This document shows, piece after piece, positions 18,322-27,461 of a stretch of 64,000 nt of DNA (position 1 is the stretch's first letter; every line of letters begins with the position of its first letter). The stretch spans positions 534,726-598,725 of the forward strand of contig CBDCFO010000008.1 in NCBI GenBank assembly GCA_965216215.1. The letters run 5' to 3'. A model generated the notes under the pieces. The model was given only the letters and a program-made list of their open reading frames with translations, was not told where the DNA came from and made no database searches. Both the position numbers and the translations under genes were made by a program. The stretch is from Bryobacterales bacterium (GTDB lineage Bacteria > Acidobacteriota > Terriglobia > Bryobacterales > UBA6623).

Positions 18322-19958
18322 GTCTCCTGCCCCCTCCGCTTGCCGATGCGGGCCAGGAAAACTTGCCGAGCGAGTTCCAGTTCGGGCAGCCGCATGAGGC
18401 GGCAAAGCGCGTACAGCACAGCCACGCCGGAGGGCACGGCGACGGCAAGCACCGCGAGCCGGCCGACAAACGTACCCGGTCCGATCCACGACTCGACTAT
18501 CTGGGCGAGACCCCAGCAGCTAGCGCCCATGACGGCAGAGGCAAGCCCTATTTTTCCTCCGGCCGCCAGCAACCGCCTTCCTCCCGCGCCGTGGACCCGT
18601 GCCCTCATGAAGGCGAATAGAAGCACGAAGTTCAGAATCGCCACGAGCGATGTCGAGAGTGCAAGCGCCCAGTGGCCCAGACCGAGGGTGTCAATGAAGA
18701 ACTTGTTCAGGCTGAAGTTCAGCACGACGGCCAGGACCGACACGTACACCGGGATTCGCACGTTGCCGAGGGCGTAGAACGCAGGAGCCAGCACCTTCGT
18801 CGAAGCGTATCCTACGAGTCCCAGGCAATAAGACGACAAGGCCAGGGCCGTCTGCTCGGTATCAAATGGCGTGAACGCCCCGCGCTCGTAGACCACGCCG
18901 ATGAGGGGTCGGCTCAGAACGAAGAGCCCGATCGCCGACGGGATCGTCAGCAGGAACACCAAACCAAGGGATTTGGACAGCGTATCCCGGAAATCGTTGA
19001 TCCTGCCCTCGCTGGCGTCTCGGGAAATCAGAGGCAGGGTTGCCGACGCGACGGCGACCCCGAACATGCCCAGGGGCAGCTGCATGAAGCGGAACGAGAA
19101 CGCGAGCCATGACATCGGGCCGTTAATGGCATGCTCGGCCGAGCCCGCAATTTGGGAAGCGAACATGCTGTTGACCATCACGTTGACCTGCACGGCCGAC
19201 GCCCCGATCGTGGCCGGGCCCATGAGGCGCAGCACTTGGCGGACGCCGGGATCAAAGATCCCCGCCATCGGACGGAAGCGAAGCCCTGTACGTCGAAGGG
19301 CGGGTATCTGGCAGATGTATTGCACGCCGCCGCCTAGCAGGGTACCGATGGCCATGCCGACGATCGGCTCGATGCCCAGTCCGGACCCGACAGCAAACCC
19401 GAGCAGGAGTCCGGCAACGACAGACGTGATGTTGAAAAAGCCGGAAGACAGGGCCGGAATACCGAACTTGCCGTGCGAATTGAGCACACCCATTGCCTTG
19501 GCGGCAAGCGCTATGAGCAGGAGGAACGGCATCATCACACGCGTCATCAGAACAGTGAGCTCGAGTTTTCCCTCGATCTCGGCGTACCCACTGAACATGA
19601 AATTCACCAACGTCAGCGCGAACACTGATCCTAGAACGCAGATCGCGATCAAGACTGGCACGAGCAGGGTCGTGAGACGATTGGAAAGCGCGTAGGCCTC
19701 TTCCCTGCCTTTGGCCGAGAGCGTCTGGGAGTAGGTGGTTACGAACGCAGCCGACAGCGCACCTTCCGCGAGGAGATCACGCAACAGGTTCGGGATGCGG
19801 TACGCGGCGACGAACGCGTCTTGTTGCATGCCAGCGCCGAACAGTCCGGCGAAGACCATCTCTCGGATCAGCCCGGTGACCCTACTGAAAGCGACCGCCA
19901 AGCCCGCAACGCTCGCCTTGCGCACTACCTGGGCGTGGGCGGAATCCGCGTCGGGCAC
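18318..19958 (-). CDS. murJ: Lipid II flippase MurJ (MviN)
   Basis: GLIREMVFAGLFGAGMQQDAFVAAYRIPNLLRDLLAEGALSAAFVTTYS, followed by about 14 hydrophobic segments. Typical MurJ N-terminal signature and length. Confidence 0.9.
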   Translation of the reverse strand: MPDADSAHAQVVRKASVAGLAVAFSRVTGLIREMVFAGLFGAGMQQDAFVAAYRIPNLLRDLLAEGALSAAFVTTYSQTLSAKGREEAYALSNRLTTLLVPVLIAICVLGSVFALTLVNFMFSGYAEIEGKLELTVLMTRVMMPFLLLIALAAKAMGVLNSHGKFGIPALSSGFFNITSVVAGLLLGFAVGSGLGIEPIVGMAIGTLLGGGVQYICQIPALRRTGLRFRPMAGIFDPGVRQVLRLMGPATIGASAVQVNVMVNSMFASQIAGSAEHAINGPMSWLAFSFRFMQLPLGMFGVAVASATLPLISRDASEGRINDFRDTLSKSLGLVFLLTIPSAIGLFVLSRPLIGVVYERGAFTPFDTEQTALALSSYCLGLVGYASTKVLAPAFYALGNVRIPVYVSVLAVVLNFSLNKFFIDTLGLGHWALALSTSLVAILNFVLLFAFMRARVHGAGGRRLLAAGGKIGLASAVMGASCWGLAQIVESWIGPGTFVGRLAVLAVAVPSGVAVLYALCRLMRLPELELARQVFLARIGKRRGQET

Positions 19959-20066
19959 AGTACCTGGATGGCGAACTCAGACGGCCCCTCTTGACGGTCA
20001 TTCAGGGGAAACGTTCGTCCGGCTATTGGGTAGCTTATCACCCTCCCGGGCGGTTGGTTCCCGCAT

Positions 20067-20645
20067 CTAGATCTGGGCCAGGACGAAGCTCCAGATGTCC
20101 GCCTGTTCGTCGACAACCTTGTGCAGAGGCTTGCCGCGTCCATGGCCCGCCGACTGCTCGTATCACGGGCGGATCGGCTCGCCGCTTGCAACCGGGCGAC
20201 CATCTTGCGGGCATGCATTGGGGCGACTCGGGAATCGGAATCCGCCGTGTAGATCAGGGTGGCGGGATGATCGGTGCGGTCTTCGACACGGCGATATGGC
20301 GAATAGACACGGAGCCGCGGGAAATCCTCGGCCCGCTCGGCAATGCCGTACTCGGGCACCCAGAGATTCGCCATGCGGAACTTGTCGTGTCGCAGCATGT
20401 CCAGCAGCGGAACGCCCGAAACGGCTGCCCGCTTCGATCAACGGGAATATCCAGGTCGAATAGCTCGGAGTCAGGGCGATGTTGAACCCGCCACACCCGT
20501 AGGGCAGTCCCGGAACGCTCCCGTCGGCCGGCGGGCCGTGCTTGGCGATGAGGTACATCGGAGTCCGTGTGCCGTCCGTGTTGGCGAGGCGTGCTCTCGT
20601 CAGTGGCGAGACTCCGCAGTGCCTGTGGCATACTCAGGGTTCAAG
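20067..20645 (-). pseudogene. Relic of the catalytic domain of an S9A prolyl oligopeptidase
   Basis: DGTRTPMYLIAKHG...LPYGCGGFNIALTPSYS jumps directly to PLLDMLRHDKFRMANLWVPEYG...YSPY...HPATLIYTADSDSRVAPMHARKMVARLQAAS. It then reads GEPIRP*YEQSAGHGRGKPLHKVVDEQADIWSFVLAQI*. The beta-propeller and the GGSNGG nucleophile region are missing, there are two frame changes, and there is an in-frame TGA at 20163-20165. Confidence 0.75.
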
Positions 20646-20662
20646 TGGCGCCGACTCTTGTC

Positions 20663-22411
20663 ATGCGCATTCAGCTGCTGCTGCTCTGCCTGTCGGCCCT
20701 GGCTCCCTGCTCGCTCCTGGCGCAAGGAGTCGCGAGCCCGAACGCCCAGCCCGTCAAGGCCCTGGAGGCCTCGGGACTCCCCTGGGAAGCGGAATTCGTC
20801 GACACCGCCCGAGAGGCCGGCCTCGATCTTGAATTCACGTACGGCGGACGGGACACGAAGAGCTACATCATCGAGTCCAACGGCTCGGGTGTCGCATTCC
20901 TCGACTATGACGGCGACTCCCGGCTCGACGTGTTCCTGGTCAATGGATCGACGCTTGAAGGATTCCCCGAGGGAGACGCGCCGACCAACCGCCTGTTTCG
21001 CAATGTCGGGGGCGGCAGATTCGAGGACGAGACCGGAAGCAGCGGCCTAGGGCGGTCCGGATGGGGCAGCGCGGTCTGCGGCGGCGACTACGACAACGAC
21101 GGCAGCCTGGACCTGTTCGTGGCGTACTGGGGCGCGGACTCCCTGTATCGAAACAGCGGCGACGGCAGCTTCACCGATTCCGCAGCCATGGCCGGGGTCG
21201 CGGGGGATGCGAAGCAGTGGAGTTCCGGTTGCACGTTCGTCGATTACGACCGGGACGGACTGCTCGACCTGCTCGTCACGCAGTACCAGCAGTTCGATCC
21301 GGAGACGGCTCCGCCCCCGGGCAAGACATCCAATTGCGAGTGGAAGGGCATGCCTGTCTACTGCGGCCCGCGAGGTCTCCCGTTTGGCGGGGTGACGCTG
21401 TACCGCAATCTCGGCGACGGCACGTTCGAGGACGTGAGCGAGAAGGCGGGCGTGCGCGACGTGCGCGACTACTACGCGTTCACGGCAGCAGCGGCGGACT
21501 TCGACGGGGACGGCTGGCAGGACATCTACATCGCTTGCGACTCCACGCCCAGCATCCTGTTCGTGAACAACGGCGACGGGACGTTCACCGACTACGCGAC
21601 GGAGACAGGCGTCGCTTTCAACGAGCACGGCTTCGAGCAAGGCGGGATGGGCGTGGGGGTCGGCGATTTCGACGGGGACGGCTGGCTTGACCTGGTCAAG
21701 ACGAACTTCGCGGACGACTACCCGAATTTGTATCACAACACCGACGGCGTGTTCTTCGAGGACATCTGCGTGCGCGCCGGGCTGGCTTCGAATCCCAAAT
21801 ACGTTGGCTGGGGCGTGGAATTCGTCGATCTTGACAACGATGGCTGGCAAGACATTTTCCAGGTGAACGGGCATGTGTACCCGGAACTGGAACGGCAGTC
21901 GAAGCTAGAGGAGACTTATGCGCAGTCGAATCTCGTGTACCGAAACCTAGCCGGCAAGCGTTTCGAGGACGTCACCGCCCTGTCCGGTGCCGGACTCCGT
22001 CAGACCAGGTCGAGCCGCGGGGCGGCATTCGGCGACTACGACGATGACGGCGATATCGATGTCGTGGTCATGAACATGGCGGAGCAGGTGTCGTTACTGC
22101 GGAACGACTTGCCCGCGGGCAGCAACTGGATTCGGCTGAGCCTGCGCGGCACTGGATCCAACAAGGCAGCGATCGGTTCCATTGTGACCATCGAGGCGGG
22201 CGGCACGCGGCAGACCCGCGCCGTGATGAGCCAGTCGAGCTACGTGTCTCACAGCGATTTGAGAGTCCACTTCGGACTCGAGGACTCGGACGCTGTCGAC
22301 AGCATCAAGGTGCGCTGGCCCAGCGGCGAGAAAGAGGAATTCCCCGGCACGGCCGGAGGTACCACCTGGCTGCTGGTAGAGGGCTCGGGCGAAGTCGAGA
22401 CTGTCCCGTGA
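20663..22411 (+). CDS. CRTAC1-family protein (FG-GAP/VCBS repeats + ASPIC/UnbV C-terminal domain), secreted
   Basis: Signal peptide MRIQLLLLCLSALAPCSLLAQG. Repeated DYDGD/DYDNDG/DFDGDGW FG-GAP motifs. C-terminus reads NAAIGSIVTIEAGGTRQTRAVMSQSSYVSHSDLRVHFGL...VRWPSG (UnbV_ASPIC). Confidence 0.85.
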   Translation: MRIQLLLLCLSALAPCSLLAQGVASPNAQPVKALEASGLPWEAEFVDTAREAGLDLEFTYGGRDTKSYIIESNGSGVAFLDYDGDSRLDVFLVNGSTLEGFPEGDAPTNRLFRNVGGGRFEDETGSSGLGRSGWGSAVCGGDYDNDGSLDLFVAYWGADSLYRNSGDGSFTDSAAMAGVAGDAKQWSSGCTFVDYDRDGLLDLLVTQYQQFDPETAPPPGKTSNCEWKGMPVYCGPRGLPFGGVTLYRNLGDGTFEDVSEKAGVRDVRDYYAFTAAAADFDGDGWQDIYIACDSTPSILFVNNGDGTFTDYATETGVAFNEHGFEQGGMGVGVGDFDGDGWLDLVKTNFADDYPNLYHNTDGVFFEDICVRAGLASNPKYVGWGVEFVDLDNDGWQDIFQVNGHVYPELERQSKLEETYAQSNLVYRNLAGKRFEDVTALSGAGLRQTRSSRGAAFGDYDDDGDIDVVVMNMAEQVSLLRNDLPAGSNWIRLSLRGTGSNKAAIGSIVTIEAGGTRQTRAVMSQSSYVSHSDLRVHFGLEDSDAVDSIKVRWPSGEKEEFPGTAGGTTWLLVEGSGEVETVP

Positions 22412-23478
22412 CCGGCAGGTGGATCCGATTCGTGTCGAGACGAGCCACATGGGCCTTGGTGGTCACGGTTTGTCTTTTCCGGCCGCCCGCAATCCAGAGT
22501 CACCAAGCCTCGGATCCTGCGGCCCTCACTGACCGGGGACTGGAACTGGCGCAGAGCGGCCAGACTGCGGCGGCGGCCGATCTTTGGCAACAGGCCCTCA
22601 AGCTTGCGCCAGACTACTTCCCCGCCCTTTTCAATCTCGCCTACTTCCGGTTTTCGTCGGGGCAGCTAGAAGCCGCCGAACCCCTGCTGCTGCGGGCAGT
22701 CGCGGCATCGCCGTCGGACTTCAACGCGCACTACCTCCTCGGTGTGACAAGCCAGAAGCTCGGCCGCGGCGGCGAGGCGTTGAAGGCGTGGCGGCGGGCG
22801 CTGGAAATTCGTCCCGATCAATTCCAGCTGATGCAGGTGATGGCTGTTGAGTACGGCAAGGGCAGATACCATCGCGAGGCGGCGGATATCGCCATGCGAG
22901 CGCTCCGGCTCAGGCCAGAGGTCGAGGATCTCTACTACCTGGCAATCCATGCCTGCAGGGAGGCGGGAGACTTGAGCGCCGGCCTCGAAATCGCGTCCCG
23001 GGCGGCGAATCGCTATCCGGACTCGTCGCGGAGCAATTTCGAGTATGCCTGGCACCTCCAGAAGGATGGGCGCTTCGACGAGGCACTCCCTTTCCTGCGC
23101 AAGGCCATCGAACTCGATCCCAAGTACGAGGAGCCGCACTTCTTCTACGGGGACTGGCTGCTCAAGCAAGGCCGCCACGAAGAGGCCCTCGATCCGCTCG
23201 GCATCGCCGTCACGTTGCGAACAGACTACATGCCGGCTCGGATCGCGATGGCCCGCGCCCTGATGGGCGTCAAGAAATGGACGGAGGCCGTCGATGCGCT
23301 CGAAGCGGCTGTGCGGATCGAGCCCCGGCACCCCCAGCCGCACTTGCTCCTGTCACAGGTCTACTTCCGCCTCCGGGATCGCGAAAAGGCGCGCGAGGCC
23401 AAGGAACTCTCGCTTCGGCTTCGACGGCAGAACCCGGCGTTTCTCGAGGCCGTTCAATCTCGTCCCTTCCCGGACTGA
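22408..23478 (+). CDS. Tetratricopeptide-repeat protein (start overlaps the upstream stop, GTGA)
   Basis: About 8 TPR-like units (e.g. ALFNLAYFRFSSGQLEAAEPLLLRAV, AHYLLGVTSQKLGRGGEALKAWRRALEIRP). Commonly paired with ASPIC/UnbV genes. Confidence 0.8.
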   Translation: MTGRWIRFVSRRATWALVVTVCLFRPPAIQSHQASDPAALTDRGLELAQSGQTAAAADLWQQALKLAPDYFPALFNLAYFRFSSGQLEAAEPLLLRAVAASPSDFNAHYLLGVTSQKLGRGGEALKAWRRALEIRPDQFQLMQVMAVEYGKGRYHREAADIAMRALRLRPEVEDLYYLAIHACREAGDLSAGLEIASRAANRYPDSSRSNFEYAWHLQKDGRFDEALPFLRKAIELDPKYEEPHFFYGDWLLKQGRHEEALDPLGIAVTLRTDYMPARIAMARALMGVKKWTEAVDALEAAVRIEPRHPQPHLLLSQVYFRLRDREKAREAKELSLRLRRQNPAFLEAVQSRPFPD

Positions 23479-23717
23479 ACATCCTGCGCGGAATTGGGCA
23501 GCAGCGCAGTGCAGCCCTCCACTGCCATCCGGTATCCCCGTGGCCACCCACCCCGAGGCAATCAAGTCAAGGCCGCGAAACTGGCGTTTCCGCCCCTTGA
23601 CTGGGGCGACGCACTCAGGCACTATTGGCTCCGCTTGGTCACTGCGCTTCGATCGGGCCGCCCCCGGCGGACCGGCCGCCACGCTCGCCAAGACAGTCGC
23701 AGATACAGGACGCGCCC

Positions 23718-25295
23718 ATGAAACTCATGCATCCTTCGCTGACCGGCACGCTCGCGCTGGCAGTCGCTCTCGGCTCCTGCGGGACCGCGCCGGAACTCGA
23801 ATACAGGCAAATCTCTCTTCCAGATCTGCGAGACAAGATCGCCGGGGGCTGGGCGGGCCAGATGATCGGAGTCAGTTACGGCGCCCCGACCGAGTTCCGC
23901 CACCGGGAGACGATCATCCCCGAAGACAAGCTGCCTGAATGGAATCCGGACAAGGTCGCGAACTCGATCCGCCAGGACGACCTCTACGTGGACATGACCT
24001 TCGCTCAGGTACTTGACGACAAGGGGCTTGATGCAACCACCGAAGACTTCGGAATCATGTTCAGGGACTCCGAGTACCATCTCTGGCATGCGAACCTGGC
24101 CGCGCGCCGGGCCCTGAAACGCGGCGTTCCCGCGACGCTCAGCGGTACGCCCGAATACAACGCCCACGCCAACGATATCGATTTTCAGATCGAGGCGGAC
24201 TTCGTGGGGCTGATGACGCCCGGGCTTCCGCAGGCCTCAAACGACCTTTGCTTCCGGGCCGGGCGTGTCATGAACCACGGTGACGGAATCTACGGCGGCA
24301 TGTTCGTGAGTTGCATGTACGCCGCGGCTTTCTTCGAGAGCGATCCCCGGAAGCTGGTGCAGGCCGGTCTGGCCTGCCTTCCGCCCCAAAGCCCCTACGC
24401 GATGCTGATCTCGGACGTGATCGAGTGGTCTGATCAGCACCCCGAAGACTGGATCACGGCTTGGAACCTCGTCGAGGAGAAGTGGAACAAGCGCGAACCC
24501 TGCCCGGAAGGCGCGGCAAACGCTTTCAATATTGACGCCAAGCTGAACGGGGCCTATATCGCCTTGGGCATGCTCTACGGAGCAGGGGGTTTCGGCACGA
24601 CAATGAGGATTTCCACGCGTTGCGGCCAGGACTCTGACTGCAACCCCGCCAGTGCTGTCGGCATCCTCGGCGTGGTGCTCGGACTGGAGGGCATTCCCGA
24701 CGAGTACAAGAGCGGCATCGAAGAGATCGCCGACGAGAAGTTCAGCTACACGAACTACTCGTTTCGGACCATCGTGGACAGCACGGAGAAGCGCGCCATC
24801 GCGATGGCCGAACGACACGGGGGAAGAGTCGAAGCAGACCAGTTGATCGTCAAGACCCAGGAGGCGGTCCCCGCCAAGCTCGAGGTCTGGGACGACTATG
24901 GATCCCCGGTCGAGCGGATCCCCGTCACCGACGAGCGATGGTCCTGGAAGGGCGACTGGTCAGAGAGAAGCTCCAACTGGGGCCCTCGGCACACCGTCAA
25001 GACCAGCGGCACCAAGGGTGCCGAGGCAACGATCGCATTCGCGGGAACCGGTGCGATTATCTCGGGTTTCTACTTGCCGACGGGAGGCACGGCGGACATC
25101 TATCTCGACGGCGAGTTGGATCGCACAGTCGATGTCTATCCGGATGAGAACCGACCCAAGGGCTGGGAATCGGTCTGGCACGACTACCGCCTGGATGACG
25201 GCAATCACGCCCTGCGCCTTGTCGTGCGGGGTGAGCCCTACCCGGGCTCGGAGGGAAGCGACATTGCGCTCACTCATCTGGTGGTGTTTCGATAG
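23718..25295 (+). CDS. ADP-ribosylglycohydrolase-family protein, probable lipoprotein, with extra C-terminal beta-rich domain
   Basis: MKLMHPSLTGTLALAVALGSC signal. Motifs GGWAGQMIGVSYGAPTEF, DDLYVDMTF and RCGQDSDCNPASAVGILG match ARH metal-site motifs. About 130 further residues follow the catalytic fold. Confidence 0.8.
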   Translation: MKLMHPSLTGTLALAVALGSCGTAPELEYRQISLPDLRDKIAGGWAGQMIGVSYGAPTEFRHRETIIPEDKLPEWNPDKVANSIRQDDLYVDMTFAQVLDDKGLDATTEDFGIMFRDSEYHLWHANLAARRALKRGVPATLSGTPEYNAHANDIDFQIEADFVGLMTPGLPQASNDLCFRAGRVMNHGDGIYGGMFVSCMYAAAFFESDPRKLVQAGLACLPPQSPYAMLISDVIEWSDQHPEDWITAWNLVEEKWNKREPCPEGAANAFNIDAKLNGAYIALGMLYGAGGFGTTMRISTRCGQDSDCNPASAVGILGVVLGLEGIPDEYKSGIEEIADEKFSYTNYSFRTIVDSTEKRAIAMAERHGGRVEADQLIVKTQEAVPAKLEVWDDYGSPVERIPVTDERWSWKGDWSERSSNWGPRHTVKTSGTKGAEATIAFAGTGAIISGFYLPTGGTADIYLDGELDRTVDVYPDENRPKGWESVWHDYRLDDGNHALRLVVRGEPYPGSEGSDIALTHLVVFR

Positions 25296-25374
25296 CCGTT
25301 CCGTAACTGCGCGCAGCTCATGGGGTACGATGGCCGGACCGGAGCCGATGGCGGCGCCTCGAAAGTGAACAGCC

Positions 25375-26313
25375 ATGGGAGAACATCCTGAGATCGTTGT
25401 GATTGGCAGCCTGAACGCCGACCTCGTTCAGAACGTCGACCGCCTGCCCAAGCCGGGCGAAACCATCGTAGGCGGCAGCCTCGAAACCTTCAGCGGAGGC
25501 AAGGGAGCCAACCAGGCATATGCCGCGGGCCGGATGGGAGCCAGCGTGTGCATGATCGGTCAGGTGGGCAGCGATGGCCTCGCCTCCCTCTTGCTTGAGA
25601 GCCTGCGAGCCGCTGGGGTCAGCACCGACCTGGTCGGCGAATCCAGCTTGCCGACCGGCGCGGCCATCATCCTCGTGCTGCCTGACGGGGAGAACGTGAT
25701 CGTCATCGCGCCGGGGGCGAATGCCACTGTTACGCCTGAAGTTGCCACCGAGAGACTGGGCGTTCTCCGGGAAGGCGGCTACTTGCTGTCACAGTTGGAG
25801 ATTCCCATCGAATCGGTCGAGAAGTCACTGGCAGTTGCCAGAGAGCGGGGAGCGACCACCATTCTCGATCCCGCCCCGGCCCGGCCGCTCCCTCCAGAGC
25901 TCCTGGCCAATGTCGACTTTCTGACGCCGAACGAAACCGAAACCGTGACCCTCTTGGGCGAGCCCGGCTTCGCGATGGACGACAATGCCGACATCGAACT
26001 CGCGGCCAGGAAGCTTCTCGCCCTCGGGCCAAGCACTGTCGTGCTCAAGCTGGGAGCCCGGGGCTGTATGATCGCCACCGAGCAGGACAGCTATCGAGTG
26101 TCTGGATTCAAGGTGACCGCGGTTGACACAACCGCCGCCGGGGATGTGTTCAACGCCGCCTTCGCCACAGCCTTGGCCGAGGGTCAGGCAGTCCCAGCCG
26201 CGGCGAGATTCGCAAACGCCGCGGCCGCCCTGTCCGTCACCTGCCCCGGCGCGCAGAATTCGGTCCCGTCACGGCGTGAGGTCAATCGGTTTCTGAGCGA
26301 GGCAGGTGCTTGA
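25375..26313 (+). CDS. rbsK: Ribokinase
   Basis: VVIGSLNADLVQNVDRLPKPGETIVGGSLETFSGGKGANQAYAA...TAAGDVFNAAFA...AAALSVTCPGAQNSVP: PfkB/ribokinase signatures. Confidence 0.9.
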   Translation: MGEHPEIVVIGSLNADLVQNVDRLPKPGETIVGGSLETFSGGKGANQAYAAGRMGASVCMIGQVGSDGLASLLLESLRAAGVSTDLVGESSLPTGAAIILVLPDGENVIVIAPGANATVTPEVATERLGVLREGGYLLSQLEIPIESVEKSLAVARERGATTILDPAPARPLPPELLANVDFLTPNETETVTLLGEPGFAMDDNADIELAARKLLALGPSTVVLKLGARGCMIATEQDSYRVSGFKVTAVDTTAAGDVFNAAFATALAEGQAVPAAARFANAAAALSVTCPGAQNSVPSRREVNRFLSEAGA

Positions 26314-26343
26314 GTTCGAGGGCTGCAACTCCGGGAGGTTGAA

Positions 26344-27339
26344 ATGTTTGTTGTAGAAAGCTTGGGACTGGCTATCGCCCTGTGCATAGCCACCATGATG
26401 GGCTGGGGCTCGTGGGCCAATACGCAGAAGCTGGCCGGCAAGGAGGATTGGCCCTTCGAACTCTACTACTGGGACTACGCGATAGGCGTGTTCCTGACCG
26501 GGATTGTGTTCGCCTTGACGCTGGGCAGCTTCGGGCCGGCCGGCATGGGCGCGATGACCAACCTCGGCCAGGCGGAGGGCGGGCCGATCACGGACGCGCT
26601 GCTCAGCGGAGCGCTGTTCAACCTCGCGAACATACTCCTGGTCGTGGCAATTGACGCCGCCGGGATGTCGCTGGCGTTCCCGGTCGGGGTCGGACTGGCG
26701 CTGGTGATCGGCACGGTGCGGAGCTACATCCAGACACCCCAGGGAGACCCGACGCTGCTCACCGCCGGTGTCATCCTGATCGTCGTCGCTATGGTCATGT
26801 CCGCTCTTGCGTACAGCAAGTTGCCGCCCGTAGCCGGTCGGCGCCTCGGGCGGGGCCTCCTCTTCGCCGTGATAGCGGGCTGCCTGATGGGATCGTTCTA
26901 TCCCATGCTGGTCCGATCCATCTCACCGGACTTCCGCACGGCGGCAATCGAGTCCGGATACCTTACCCCCTACACGGCCCTGCTCTACTTCGGCATCGGC
27001 CTCTTGCTGAGCAACTTTGTCATCAATACGGTCTTCATGAAAGCGGGTGGCAAGACGTATTCGGGGTACTTCGGCGGAGGCCCGAGGCTCCATTCTCTGG
27101 GAGTCCTCGGAGGCCTGATATGGATGGTGGCTCTCGGCCTTAACGTCGTTGCGTCTGGAGTGGCCGGGCCGGCGATTTCCTATGCCTTGGGCCAAGGCGC
27201 TACTTTGATAGCAGCGGTCTGGGGCGTCCTTATCTGGAGAGAATTCAAGGGGGCGCCCAAGAGCGCCAACCCCTTCATTGTGTTGATGTTCCTGGGCTAC
27301 ACGTGCGGCCTGACTCTGATCGGAGTGGCCACCCTATGA
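26344..27339 (+). CDS. 10-TM DMT-superfamily permease, probably a GRP/RbsU-type sugar (ribose) transporter
   Basis: The protein is hydrophobic throughout. The N-terminal MMGWGSWANTQK resembles the FWGS motif of GlcU/RbsU. Genomic context is next to rbsK. Confidence 0.55.
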   Translation: MFVVESLGLAIALCIATMMGWGSWANTQKLAGKEDWPFELYYWDYAIGVFLTGIVFALTLGSFGPAGMGAMTNLGQAEGGPITDALLSGALFNLANILLVVAIDAAGMSLAFPVGVGLALVIGTVRSYIQTPQGDPTLLTAGVILIVVAMVMSALAYSKLPPVAGRRLGRGLLFAVIAGCLMGSFYPMLVRSISPDFRTAAIESGYLTPYTALLYFGIGLLLSNFVINTVFMKAGGKTYSGYFGGGPRLHSLGVLGGLIWMVALGLNVVASGVAGPAISYALGQGATLIAAVWGVLIWREFKGAPKSANPFIVLMFLGYTCGLTLIGVATL

Positions 27340-27461
27340 GCATCGGAAGCAATGATGGGGCTGGCACGGGCAGGAACGATCCAAAGCACCCTCGCAAGCC
27401 CGTCGGCAAGGTGAGAGCGTTCCAGTTCTCGCAACGCACGAAGCAAAGAAAGGAACCGAAT

